The notes beneath the pieces were generated by a model that saw only the letters and a program-made list of their open reading frames with translations, searched no databases and had not been told where the DNA came from. Below, in pieces: positions 39,278-48,339 of a stretch of DNA of 64,000 bases. The position numbers were made by a program, and so were the translations under genes. The DNA lies in the IMG/VR virus record IMGVR_UViG_3300023109_001645; one strand, given 5' to 3'. This DNA comes from an uncultured virus (IMG/VR IMGVR_UViG_3300023109_001645) (lineage: Duplodnaviria > Heunggongvirae > Uroviricota > Caudoviricetes). How positions within the stretch are numbered: the stretch's first letter is position 1; every line of letters begins with the position of its first letter.

Positions 39278-39904
39278 TCATTGGAGTTTACTAATCATGT
39301 TGATTAGTGATTCCTTAAGATACTTTTGTGCCTTTGTGTCGTGCTTAGTTGCCTGTGCTAATTCGTATGCCTTCATTCCCCCACGTGCATTCATAAGTGT
39401 TTCATAAATTGGTGTTGGATATGCACCAGGGGCGCTAGGCTGAGCCACAACGTCCACAGTGATTATTTCAAAATCAGAGACGGTATTGCTACCGTCATCT
39501 GCTACATTACCGCTACCACGTGACGAGACGCCTAGTTTAACTCCGCTTTCAAGCATTGTTTTAACTAGGTTCCCCATCGGTGTTGGTAAAATTTTCAGTT
39601 TTCCATAACCGTTATCGCCATCCATCCAACATTCAGTTATCATATGGCTAACACGGTCAATATTGATATTAAGACCTTCGGGATGATCAACTTCTCCGAG
39701 AACACTGTATCCTCCAGTAATTTGATCATTGAGAGTTTTGACAGCCCTGCCGATTTCATCTACAGGATACACTCGCTGATTAGCGTTGCGAACACCACCT
39801 TGGATCATAATACCTTTTAAATAAAGGTCTTTTCCTTCGTTGGCATTCTCAAGCACTATATTAGCTTGGTCGAATGTCAAATGCTCTTGTAAGTTTTTCA
39901 TCAA
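39278..39904 (-). CDS. gp21: Prohead core protease, T4 gp21 family
   Basis: Motifs NANQRVYP, LGEVDHP, RVSH, LGVSSRGSG and DVVAQPSAPGAY. Confidence 0.93.
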   Translation of the reverse strand: MMKNLQEHLTFDQANIVLENANEGKDLYLKGIMIQGGVRNANQRVYPVDEIGRAVKTLNDQITGGYSVLGEVDHPEGLNINIDRVSHMITECWMDGDNGYGKLKILPTPMGNLVKTMLESGVKLGVSSRGSGNVADDGSNTVSDFEIITVDVVAQPSAPGAYPTPIYETLMNARGGMKAYELAQATKHDTKAQKYLKESLINMISKLQ

Positions 39905-39924
39905 TTAGTCCTTACTATCGCTTC

Positions 39925-40890
39925 TTATTTGCCTACAACAGATTTTTTGTTGTCAGCAGTCTCTGGCTTCGACTTCTTTTCAGCGCCGTGTCCAGGTTCG
40001 GTTTTGCCAGCTTTTGCTGCCTTACCACCAGGAACGTTAACGTTCTTGGTATTCATGTCCTTTGCACCTGTATCACTTAAAGCATTACCTTTAACTGTAC
40101 TTCCTGCTCCGGCTTCTGCGCTTGCATCTGAACCAGCTTGGTTTAAATTACCTGCTGTTCCGCCCATGTTGTTTGCGCCTGCTACTGATGACTTGGTGTT
40201 TGCACCGTTGTCGCCCATTGTAGCTGATACTTTTTCTACATACTCACGCATTGTTTCGCCTGCTGACTTTTCAGTTTCTTCAACTTCTTCGTCTGCTGCT
40301 TCTTCAACTTCTTCGTCAGCTGCTTCTTCAACTTCTTCGTCGCTTGCTTCAAACGCGAATGATTCTTCTTCTGGCTCTTCTTCAGCGTCCATATCCATGT
40401 CGCCTTCGTCATCGCCTTCGTCACCAGCCATCATTTTTTCAAATTCAGCTTTTAGGTCGTCTAGCGCATCTTCTAGGTCTTCTACACGATCTTCAACATC
40501 GCCTTCTTCGTCGCCTTCTTCACCTTCATCATCCATGTTCATGCCTAAGTCATTAGCTAAGTCGCCTGTCTGGTCTGTTGGACCCATGTCGTCGTCTGCT
40601 TCAACTTCAAATGTATCCAAGTCAAAGTTTTCTTCTAAGTCATCATCTGATTCATCTAGGTCTTCGTCTGACTCATCTACTTCTTCATCTGACTCATCTA
40701 CTTCTTCGTCAGTAGCTTCATCTACTTCTTCGTCAGTAGCTTCATCAACTTCTGCTTCGTCTTCTAGTAGTGATTCATAAATGTCACGTGATTTTTCAAC
40801 TACAATCTCGTGGAATAATTCTTGTGCTGCTGCTTTGTCTTCGTTAACAAGTAGCTCTAGCATCTTTTCAAATTTGTTTTGATCTGCCAT
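39925..40890 (-). CDS. Highly acidic prohead core / internal scaffold protein
   Basis: D/E-rich with tandem DEEVDEA/DEEVEEA repeats. Lies immediately upstream of the protease. Start at MADQNK, behind AGGAG. Confidence 0.7.
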   Translation of the reverse strand: MADQNKFEKMLELLVNEDKAAAQELFHEIVVEKSRDIYESLLEDEAEVDEATDEEVDEATDEEVDESDEEVDESDEDLDESDDDLEENFDLDTFEVEADDDMGPTDQTGDLANDLGMNMDDEGEEGDEEGDVEDRVEDLEDALDDLKAEFEKMMAGDEGDDEGDMDMDAEEEPEEESFAFEASDEEVEEAADEEVEEAADEEVEETEKSAGETMREYVEKVSATMGDNGANTKSSVAGANNMGGTAGNLNQAGSDASAEAGAGSTVKGNALSDTGAKDMNTKNVNVPGGKAAKAGKTEPGHGAEKKSKPETADNKKSVVGK

Positions 40891-41016
40891 TTTTAAACTC
40901 CTATAAATGTTTTTGTTGCACAGAAGAAGTCTCCTGTACGGGGCTGTCATAATATATTTACTCTATTAACAGAAAAGTACGTAGAAATAGGCCCAAAACA
41001 GCCCATTTTACAAATA

Positions 41017-41601
41017 TTAGGTAAGATTGAACAGTTTTTTAAACTCTTCAATCGAAATATGCGATAAATTGTCGATTCTAGTCAACTCATTTGGTATAAA
41101 AGCGTTTTCTCCTAACACTCTTATATATCTTTTTTGATTAAATTTTTGACAAGTAATACAGGTTTGATTAAGCCAATTTCCGTGATATGTTGCACGGTCA
41201 TGGCTTTTTTTGTAGTTTGGAGTGCTTGCATATATGTTATTAATTTTTTCTTCGATTCCTTGATAATCAAAACCTAATATATAAACATCACTAATGTCAT
41301 GTGTACTAGCTAACCAAAGTGCTGTAGGACCACTACTCCATCCCTTGCTAGGATTAAAAAAATTAAATCCATTCATTCCTCTAAATGCACGATTGGGATT
41401 AGTCCATACTTCATGACTGTGTTGATATCCTGCTTTGTTAATTTCTAAAATCATTTTAGTATCAACTGCAACAAGATAATCAGGTTCAAAGTCTCTATAC
41501 AATGCATTGCATCCGTATAAAGTTCCAAAAGATTTTAATTGATGTAGATCAATAGGTTTTCGACTAGTGCCGTTTCCAAGCACGAACGCTATTTTTTGCA
41601 A
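41017..41601 (-). CDS. Hypothetical protein, Rossmann-like; resembles DUF115/MAF or sialyltransferase-type glycosyltransferase folds
   Basis: AFVLGNGTSR, YGCNALYR, PDYLVAVD, SSGPTALWLA and ILGFD. TTG start. Confidence 0.5.
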   Translation of the reverse strand: MQKIAFVLGNGTSRKPIDLHQLKSFGTLYGCNALYRDFEPDYLVAVDTKMILEINKAGYQHSHEVWTNPNRAFRGMNGFNFFNPSKGWSSGPTALWLASTHDISDVYILGFDYQGIEEKINNIYASTPNYKKSHDRATYHGNWLNQTCITCQKFNQKRYIRVLGENAFIPNELTRIDNLSHISIEEFKKLFNLT

Positions 41602-41604
41602 TTA

Positions 41605-41850
41605 TCATACTCCGGATTCTGCATTTGCTGCTATACCATACATTTGCTTTACGAACGTTTGTTCTTTACGCTTTTCTTCTGTATGTAGCTCACTTGCTTT
41701 CCGGATTCGATTAATTTGACTTAGAGATAGTCTTGTTTTACGGGTATCTTTTTTATCCATAGGAGAGTCATCATAGTCTGCCTCGTAGCGTTTGTCTTCT
41801 ACAGAGTCAACAGTTTCTGGGTCGTGATAAAATATTTCTCTAAGTATCAT
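41605..41850 (-). CDS. Small head-module protein
   Basis: MILREIF...DTRKTRLSL.QINRIRK...QMYG. The ATG lies 4 nt after a perfect TATAAATA. Confidence 0.65.
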   Translation of the reverse strand: MILREIFYHDPETVDSVEDKRYEADYDDSPMDKKDTRKTRLSLSQINRIRKASELHTEEKRKEQTFVKQMYGIAANAESGV

Positions 41851-41857
41851 ATTGTAT

Positions 41858-43624
41858 TTATATCGTTTGTTCAGTTCCTGGGGCCGGCGCTCCAAGTTCT
41901 TGTCCTGTTACAGTATCCGGTGCAGTTCCGTCTCCGCCGTCTTCACCACCAGCACCTTCTGGTGCTTCGTCTTCTATGCCACCTAAATCGTCAGCAATGC
42001 CTGCACTGCTAATGCCTGCGTCACGCATTTCTGCACTTGGATCTCCTGGTGTTGGTTCTAAGTTTTCTTCATTCTCTTCGCGCCACAACCGTTCGTTTTC
42101 TGCAAGTTCTTCTTCTGACATGCCTAAGAAACGTTGCATTGCAAATCTATTTGAAATGTAAGGTATTGCACTCATCTGTGTAAATGTCGGTATACGTGCA
42201 TTATCAATTTCACTTTGTCTATAACTTGCAAAGTTTTGTGGAGGCTGAAACTTTAAATCAAACATTGCTGTATCAATGTTTACACCTTTGTCAAGTAAGT
42301 AGCGTTTAAATTCTGTATCAAATTCTTCTGCTACTAGATTTTGTAAACGTTCGCAATATGTATTAAATCTTAATTCTTGTATGTAAGCAGTTCCGACTCG
42401 TCCGTCATTGTACTGACTAGCACTGTCGTCAGCGCCTGTAGGCAAGTAACTGCTAGGAATTCGTAAACCGCGTACGAGCTTATTAGTAAAATATCTAAGG
42501 TCATCAATCTCTCCTAGGTTAGTACCGCCTGGTAGTGTTTCAACTTTTGATCCTCTACCTTCAGCAGTTTGTGGGAAAAAGTAATCTTCGTTAATTGACA
42601 GCGGATTGTAAGAACTGTCTATGACATTTTGGCCTCCGCCTGTTGACGATGGGATACGTCTTTGATGTATTTCCGTTTTAACACGTTCCACAAATTGCAT
42701 AGCAAGGTGTGATGGCATGTTGCCCACATCAACGTAGAATACTCTGCGCTCAGGCGCACGTTGGACGCGATAGATAATAATCGCATCTTCAAGCAGTTCT
42801 TTCTGCTTGTATACTTTGAAAATAGTTTCTAATAAACTATTACCAAAAGGATAATTGTTGTCTAAGCCTTCTGAAAGACTTAAATGTACAACATGTTCTG
42901 CATCAACAGTAAATTCACTATCATCAGTTGTAAAACGTGAACCACTCATACTTGACTGTGGCCCTACCATACCTTTGGCTCCGCCACCGCCTACTGTACT
43001 AGAACTATTATATTGTCCGCCGCCTGCTGGACTCATGTTGCCATTGTTTACATATGGAGTTGTTGCAACACCGTCTTTAAAATTAAAGTTTACATTTTTA
43101 ATTACATATTGCTCAGGAACTTTACCTTCGCTCTCATTTACGATAATACGTGTTACGTTTGCAGGATCAACATGAAACCATTTTTTAGTTTCTGGATCTC
43201 TTAGGAAAAATTGATCTCCCATTTTAAATACATTGCGTAGTATTCTAAATATTTTTGTTTCAAAATTTTGTAGTTTATTCCACTGTTGCAAATACTGTCC
43301 AATAATAGTAATTTCACTATTAGTTGCAGGTTTGCCTCTATAATCTACAATAAACGGAGTATTGTTTTGTTTGTTTTTTTGTGTACAAAACTCAGCAAGA
43401 ATATCAAGAGCAGCATTAACTTCACTGTCTTGATCCATTGTGTTATATTGTCCGTAGCGTTCAACTCTATTTGGACTACCAACATAAACATCAGGCAAAT
43501 AGCTCGAATAATTAGAACGTGCCGGGCCAGCCATATTACCATTACCGCGGCTTGTAAACGGAGAATAACTTCCGTTTTGGTTATCACCTGTCGGTACTGG
43601 TGTAAAATATTTTTTCCACGACAT
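41858..43624 (-). CDS. gp20: Portal protein, T4 gp20 family
   Basis: Motifs LLEDAIIIYRVQRAPERRVFYVDVGNMP, EDYFFP..GRGSKVETLPGG.NLGEIDD and LRIPSSYL. Confidence 0.95.
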   Translation of the reverse strand: MSWKKYFTPVPTGDNQNGSYSPFTSRGNGNMAGPARSNYSSYLPDVYVGSPNRVERYGQYNTMDQDSEVNAALDILAEFCTQKNKQNNTPFIVDYRGKPATNSEITIIGQYLQQWNKLQNFETKIFRILRNVFKMGDQFFLRDPETKKWFHVDPANVTRIIVNESEGKVPEQYVIKNVNFNFKDGVATTPYVNNGNMSPAGGGQYNSSSTVGGGGAKGMVGPQSSMSGSRFTTDDSEFTVDAEHVVHLSLSEGLDNNYPFGNSLLETIFKVYKQKELLEDAIIIYRVQRAPERRVFYVDVGNMPSHLAMQFVERVKTEIHQRRIPSSTGGGQNVIDSSYNPLSINEDYFFPQTAEGRGSKVETLPGGTNLGEIDDLRYFTNKLVRGLRIPSSYLPTGADDSASQYNDGRVGTAYIQELRFNTYCERLQNLVAEEFDTEFKRYLLDKGVNIDTAMFDLKFQPPQNFASYRQSEIDNARIPTFTQMSAIPYISNRFAMQRFLGMSEEELAENERLWREENEENLEPTPGDPSAEMRDAGISSAGIADDLGGIEDEAPEGAGGEDGGDGTAPDTVTGQELGAPAPGTEQTI

Positions 43625-43637
43625 CTTTTATTGCTCC

Positions 43638-46610
43638 TTATTGTCCAACATTACTTACCCCGCCACGGGCCAAATTACTAGACTGTATGTTTTTAGTGTT
43701 ATTGGCTGTTCTTTCTTCAAAATCTTTTATATCCGAAAGTACTGCCAATACCTGTTGCATAGTACTATTTAACTGTTGAGAGCTCTGATTTGTCCCACTT
43801 GTGGACATACTAATGCCGTTTAATAGCTCACCAGCATCAGCTCTACTAGTAAACAAAGTATCATTGTCTTTACTTAATTCTTCGTTTAAATTGGAAAGTG
43901 TTTCAACTAAAGCATCCATAGCTTCAGTATAACTTCTAATTCCGGATGTGTCAAGTGTATTAACTGCATTAAGTTGTGTTTGCAGATTTGGTATTTCAGC
44001 AAATGTTTTTAATCCGGTTGCAAAATCTGTAAAGTCTATGCCTGAAATACGCGAAAGCTTGTTTGGATTTAATCTGTTCATGCTTGTATTAAATTGATCA
44101 AAGCTTATTACAGAGACTCGTTCCATTCGACTTACTTGATCTTCTGTTAGCATTGCTGCTGCTGCTGAGCCTGCTGGCGCTGGGTTGACTGGAGGTGTTG
44201 GTGTGCCTGCTGGCGCGGTTTCGCCATCGCCTACTATCGCCTCGCCTGCTTTACCACCTAACCAACTACCACCAAAATAACCAAGAGCTCCGCCTATAGC
44301 GCCGCCGATAGCAGTACCAATAATCGGTACAAATGATCCTGCAATAGCGCCTGCTGCTGCGCCTGCTAATGCGCCGGTGCCGCCTCCGGCTGCTGATGAA
44401 ACTCCAACAGTTTTTTCATCTCTGGTTAACGAATCGTCTGTTGCAATCATTCCAATTTCAGCAATACTTAGTAATGCTGCTAATGGGCCTAACAATCTAG
44501 ATGCGCCGCGGCCTAAACCTGCTGCTGTTTTGCCCATTCCGCTGCCGCTTGTGCCTGGTGCATTATTTAAACTTGTAAATCTACCTGTTCTAGGATCTCT
44601 GCCAACAGTTGCGCCAGTTCCTGGAGCAACAGGAGTAGTACGAGGCATTACCATAGCCCTAGCACCTCTAGCCATCATCTTAGTTGCGCCAGCTACCATT
44701 GCTAATGCCAGCGGACCACCGCCTGCAAATAGTACACCTGCGCCTACTACCATTGCTTTTGTAACGAGGCTTTGCTCACCCCACCAACTGGTAATGCCTT
44801 CAACTAATGCATCTCTAGCCTGATATAGCAATCCGCCTTCGCGATCAACTTCAACTTCCTTTTCACCGTCAGGTGTGTTTATCATTTTAGTATTAGGACC
44901 TAAGAACACATCTTTTATTAAATCAAATGTGAAAGCACCTATACCGCTTATTGCATCTTTAAAGAAATCTTTTATAAACACCATAGGATCTTCAGCTTCT
45001 TTAAAGTCAGTAATAAATTGTTTAATTGCAGGACCTACAGTGTCACGTAACATATCTCCTATTGTTTGGAAGTGTCTAGCAATTCCTGTGCCTTCGATGT
45101 CATTTCCGTCTTCGTCTTTGTCAGGAGCAATCATTCCTGCTATTTCTCTCAGTGCAGGACCTATTGCTTCCATTAGAGGAGTAACAACTTCAGTTTGGAA
45201 TGCTGCCTGCAGAGTTGCCAAACTTGCAGTAAATTCTGCCATAGTCTGTGTACTGGCAGCTCGTCTGTCTGCTTCAGCTTGTGCATCTTTTGCTGCTTGA
45301 AGGGCTCTTGCTGTATCAAGGTCACCGGTTACAGTAAGGTAGTCAGTATACTTTAAGCTTGCATCATTAAAGAATCCAGCAATGATGCCCAGGTCACCCT
45401 CAACACCAACTGCTGCTGCATCTAGCAGTGTTCCAAATTGAGTTGCTGAGTTTTTGTTTGCTTCCATCAATGCTACATTGTCAGTAAGAATTTTTGTTGA
45501 CATATCACTAACTGATATTGCTTTATCTTGCGCCGTGTTCAAGCTGTTTGTTAGTATGCCCATTTGTGTGCCCATGGTTGCAGTATACAAACGAGCCTCT
45601 TCTGTAACAGGAGGCATATTTAAGAATTCAGCTGCTAGTGCATCTACAGCAGCTTTGCCGCCAGCTGCTTGTGCTTGCTGCATAGCCATGTTTACTTTGG
45701 CTTGTTCGTCTGCGCTCATTGTTGCAAGTTTTCGTTGGAAGGCTACCTGTTGCAATTTTTGTTGAATTTCTGCTTCAGCTGCTTTTGCTTCTTTGCCAGA
45801 CAGCTTGGCAAGTGTGGTCAAATGTTTTGCATAATCTCCTGCAACTGCTGCTGTTCTTTTTAGTTCTTCACCTTCTAAACGCTTGCCTCTGTTACCAGCT
45901 CGTGTTAGGTATTGGAAGTCTAGCATTGCTTCATTGATTTCTTCAAAAGTAAACCCCATGTTCAACATGCTGTCTACCATGTCCCTATTACTAGCTGTCA
46001 TTCTAGCAACCATTTTTGCACCTTGGGTTGCTGTTCCTCCAAACGCTGCTAGCTTGTCAGTGTTTGCTGAAATAAATCCAACAAATTCATCAAGACCTAA
46101 ACGAGCAGTGGCTGCTGAATTTCGCAATTCAACCAAACTATTGTTAAATGCTGCTCCAGATGTTGCTACATTCTGAAATGCAGCAAAGCTTTCATCAAAT
46201 AAGCCAGTAAGTATACCAAGTTTTCCGCCGATCAATGGTAATTGTCCAGCAAATGCAGTTAGTGATTTTTCACCAGCAACAAATGCTTTTACCATCTCTG
46301 TGCCGCTTCTTGCAACACTTGCAAATGCACCCAACAGTGCTCCGCCTGCAACACTGCTTAATTTTTTAAGAGCATTTGTTGATGCAGTGACTGCTTTGCT
46401 ATTTGTTTTTATTGCATCTCTATTTTTGGTGCTTACAACAATGTTATCACCAGTTGCTTTACTAAGTGCAGTAAGTTTCTTGTTGACATCTTTGGGATCA
46501 ATGCCAGCTTTTTTAGCCATGGCTTCTGTTACTGATATAAGACGTTGTAGTGTAACTTCACTAGCTACGCCATTGCCGCCTACATTGCCAATTTCTACTT
46601 CTTCAGCCAC
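43638..46610 (-). CDS. Tape measure protein (putative)
   Basis: 990 aa, Ala-rich and helical, with a hydrophobic GAAAGAIAGSFVPIIGTAIGGAIGG segment. Adjacent to a frameshifting chaperone-like pair. Confidence 0.7.
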   Translation of the reverse strand: MAEEVEIGNVGGNGVASEVTLQRLISVTEAMAKKAGIDPKDVNKKLTALSKATGDNIVVSTKNRDAIKTNSKAVTASTNALKKLSSVAGGALLGAFASVARSGTEMVKAFVAGEKSLTAFAGQLPLIGGKLGILTGLFDESFAAFQNVATSGAAFNNSLVELRNSAATARLGLDEFVGFISANTDKLAAFGGTATQGAKMVARMTASNRDMVDSMLNMGFTFEEINEAMLDFQYLTRAGNRGKRLEGEELKRTAAVAGDYAKHLTTLAKLSGKEAKAAEAEIQQKLQQVAFQRKLATMSADEQAKVNMAMQQAQAAGGKAAVDALAAEFLNMPPVTEEARLYTATMGTQMGILTNSLNTAQDKAISVSDMSTKILTDNVALMEANKNSATQFGTLLDAAAVGVEGDLGIIAGFFNDASLKYTDYLTVTGDLDTARALQAAKDAQAEADRRAASTQTMAEFTASLATLQAAFQTEVVTPLMEAIGPALREIAGMIAPDKDEDGNDIEGTGIARHFQTIGDMLRDTVGPAIKQFITDFKEAEDPMVFIKDFFKDAISGIGAFTFDLIKDVFLGPNTKMINTPDGEKEVEVDREGGLLYQARDALVEGITSWWGEQSLVTKAMVVGAGVLFAGGGPLALAMVAGATKMMARGARAMVMPRTTPVAPGTGATVGRDPRTGRFTSLNNAPGTSGSGMGKTAAGLGRGASRLLGPLAALLSIAEIGMIATDDSLTRDEKTVGVSSAAGGGTGALAGAAAGAIAGSFVPIIGTAIGGAIGGALGYFGGSWLGGKAGEAIVGDGETAPAGTPTPPVNPAPAGSAAAAMLTEDQVSRMERVSVISFDQFNTSMNRLNPNKLSRISGIDFTDFATGLKTFAEIPNLQTQLNAVNTLDTSGIRSYTEAMDALVETLSNLNEELSKDNDTLFTSRADAGELLNGISMSTSGTNQSSQQLNSTMQQVLAVLSDIKDFEERTANNTKNIQSSNLARGGVSNVGQ

Positions 46611-46636
46611 TATTTGTTTCCTAAGTTATGTGCGCA

Positions 46637-46676
46637 TATAAATAATAGAGATACATACTTATACATTGTATTTATA
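46637..46676. promoter_or_regulatory. Two opposed T4-type late promoters
   Basis: TATAAATA on + at 46637-46644 and on - at 46676-46669. Confidence 0.75.
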
Positions 46677-46687
46677 CGGAGAACTTA

Positions 46688-47569
46688 ATGCCAGAATTTA
46701 ACCCAGAACAGTTTAGTAGCAATATTGAACAAAATCCTTTAAGAAAATATTTTAGACAACCTAAAGTGTATATCACACTGCCTTCGAGAGGTGAGTTTTA
46801 CCAAGAAGGTGTGCTTGAAATGACTGAAAACAAAGAATTTCCAGTTTTTGCAATGACTGCCAAGGACGAATTAATTATTAAAACTCCTGATGCGTTATTG
46901 AACGGACAAGCAACTGTTGATGTAATACAAAGTTGTATTCCTAATATAAAACATGCATGGCAGATGCCTAGTGTTGATCTAGACGCATGTTTGGTAGCAA
47001 TCCGTATAGCTACATACGGCGAAAGCTTAGATATCACCACCAAAGTTCCAGTGTTGGGCGAAGATAGACAATTCACTGTAGATCTTAGACAAGTACTAAA
47101 CAAGTTGGTAACACCTACGTTTGACTACAAGTTGAAGATTGGTGACATCAGTGTTGAGCTACGTCCATTAACCTACAAAGAATTCACTGAAACCAATTTG
47201 AAGACTTTTGAAGAACAAAGAATATTTCAACTTGTAAATGATGACGAATTGGATGATGCAGAAAGACTTAATAGATTTGGACAAAGTTTTAAAAAACTTA
47301 CAGATCTAACAGTGGGAATGTTGACCAAAAGTATTGCTAAATTAACAATCGGCGACGAAGAAGTTACCAATCCTACATTTATCAACGAATTTATTGACAA
47401 TGTTGATAAAGAATTTTTTAAATCAATCACTGACCACTTGGAAAAGCAGCGTAAGAAGTTTGCAATTGAACCAATTAAAGTAGAAAGCAACGAAGAAGAT
47501 GTAGCTGCTGGCGTTCCTAAAACTTGGGAAGTACCTATCACATTTGACCAATCAAATTTTTTCGTATAA
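46688..47569 (+). CDS. T4 gp26-like baseplate hub / tail assembly chaperone
   Basis: NPL..YFRQPK.YI.LPS.G, MTAKDE...KTPDALLNG, D.D..LVAIRIATYG and a C-terminal ITFDQSNFF. Confidence 0.7.
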   Translation: MPEFNPEQFSSNIEQNPLRKYFRQPKVYITLPSRGEFYQEGVLEMTENKEFPVFAMTAKDELIIKTPDALLNGQATVDVIQSCIPNIKHAWQMPSVDLDACLVAIRIATYGESLDITTKVPVLGEDRQFTVDLRQVLNKLVTPTFDYKLKIGDISVELRPLTYKEFTETNLKTFEEQRIFQLVNDDELDDAERLNRFGQSFKKLTDLTVGMLTKSIAKLTIGDEEVTNPTFINEFIDNVDKEFFKSITDHLEKQRKKFAIEPIKVESNEEDVAAGVPKTWEVPITFDQSNFFV

Positions 47570-47600
47570 GGATCTTAGCTTGGACAGTGGCTGAGATCCT
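47557..47600 (+). other. Programmed -1 ribosomal frameshift signal (slippery T TTT TTC plus stem-loop)
   Basis: In-frame heptamer at 47557-47563, 5-nt spacer, then an 11-bp stem AGGATCTTAGC/GCTGAGATCCT. The -1 frame is open into the 47587-47793 ORF. Confidence 0.75.
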
Positions 47601-47793
47601 GGAAGAAGTCAAAAACTACGAAAACCAACAAAAAGAAATAAAATCTGACATAATGAAACTGTGCTGGTACATGCGCGGTGGCATGACGCTTGAAGAAGGT
47701 TTTAGTATAAGTTTTGAAGATAGACAACTTATCAATGATATTGTTAAAGACAATTTAGAAACAACAAAGAAAACCCAACTACCGTTCTTTTAA
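47587..47793 (+). CDS. gp51-like small protein, probably expressed as the C-terminus of a frameshift fusion
   Basis: WYMRGG.T.EE....S.EDR motif. In the -1 frame relative to 46688. Its GTG sits inside the hairpin loop. Confidence 0.65.
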   Translation: MAEILEEVKNYENQQKEIKSDIMKLCWYMRGGMTLEEGFSISFEDRQLINDIVKDNLETTKKTQLPFF

Positions 47794-48302
47794 GTTGTTG
47801 GGTTTTTTCTTGCATTAGAATTAATATTTTTTTCAAGTTGAGCAAGTAGTCGCCTTTTCTCTTTCATATTAAGTTTGTCAAAGTTAGCCTTTGTTTGAGC
47901 ATACACCGTCTTTAAAACTTTAGGATCAGTAGCAGGTTTCGGTGTGCCTTTGCCAACAGGTGCGGAAGCACCGCCCGCAATATTTTTGCCTGACATTTTA
48001 TCTTTAACCAATGTAGTAAAAATAGTCTGCATTCTTTTGGCATCCATTGGCTGAGTTGTGTCAATTTTTTTAGTATCTACATTTTTAGATTGTAAAAACT
48101 TAATAACATCATCTGTAGTAGCAGTCTTAAACTTTTTTCCTTGACTTCCCAATATACCGGCAAACTCAGTTTCCATGTCCTTAACTGTTTGTTTTACATC
48201 AGCAGCACCTGCTTTTTCAGCTCGACGAATAGCCCTAGCTTGTTTGGTAATAGGTATAAATTCATCAAGTTGTGATTCAGTCAGAATATCATTCAATTTC
48301 AT
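47790..48302 (-). CDS. Basic hypothetical protein, possible internal head protein
   Basis: N-terminus MKLNDILTESQLDE, Lys-rich body, ATAAATA at 48334-48328. Confidence 0.6.
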   Translation of the reverse strand: MKLNDILTESQLDEFIPITKQARAIRRAEKAGAADVKQTVKDMETEFAGILGSQGKKFKTATTDDVIKFLQSKNVDTKKIDTTQPMDAKRMQTIFTTLVKDKMSGKNIAGGASAPVGKGTPKPATDPKVLKTVYAQTKANFDKLNMKEKRRLLAQLEKNINSNARKNPTT

Positions 48303-48339
48303 TACAAAGATCCTTAGTTGTTATATGTATTTATTAGTT

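Noticed and set aside
40280..40760. Tandem 21-bp repeats as a possible CRISPR array
   Set aside because: They are in-frame coding repeats of the acidic protein, with no unique spacers and no cas genes.
40984..41009. Possible terminator AAATAGGC...GCCCATTTT
   Set aside because: The stem is short and mismatched, so it is too weak to call.
1468..46641. Many plus-strand ORFs (60-283 aa) antisense to the large structural genes, for example 38401-39174 and 39929-40780
   Set aside because: They are shadow frames produced by the codon bias of the real minus-strand genes, with Ser/Leu/Val-rich low-information translations and no RBS or motifs.
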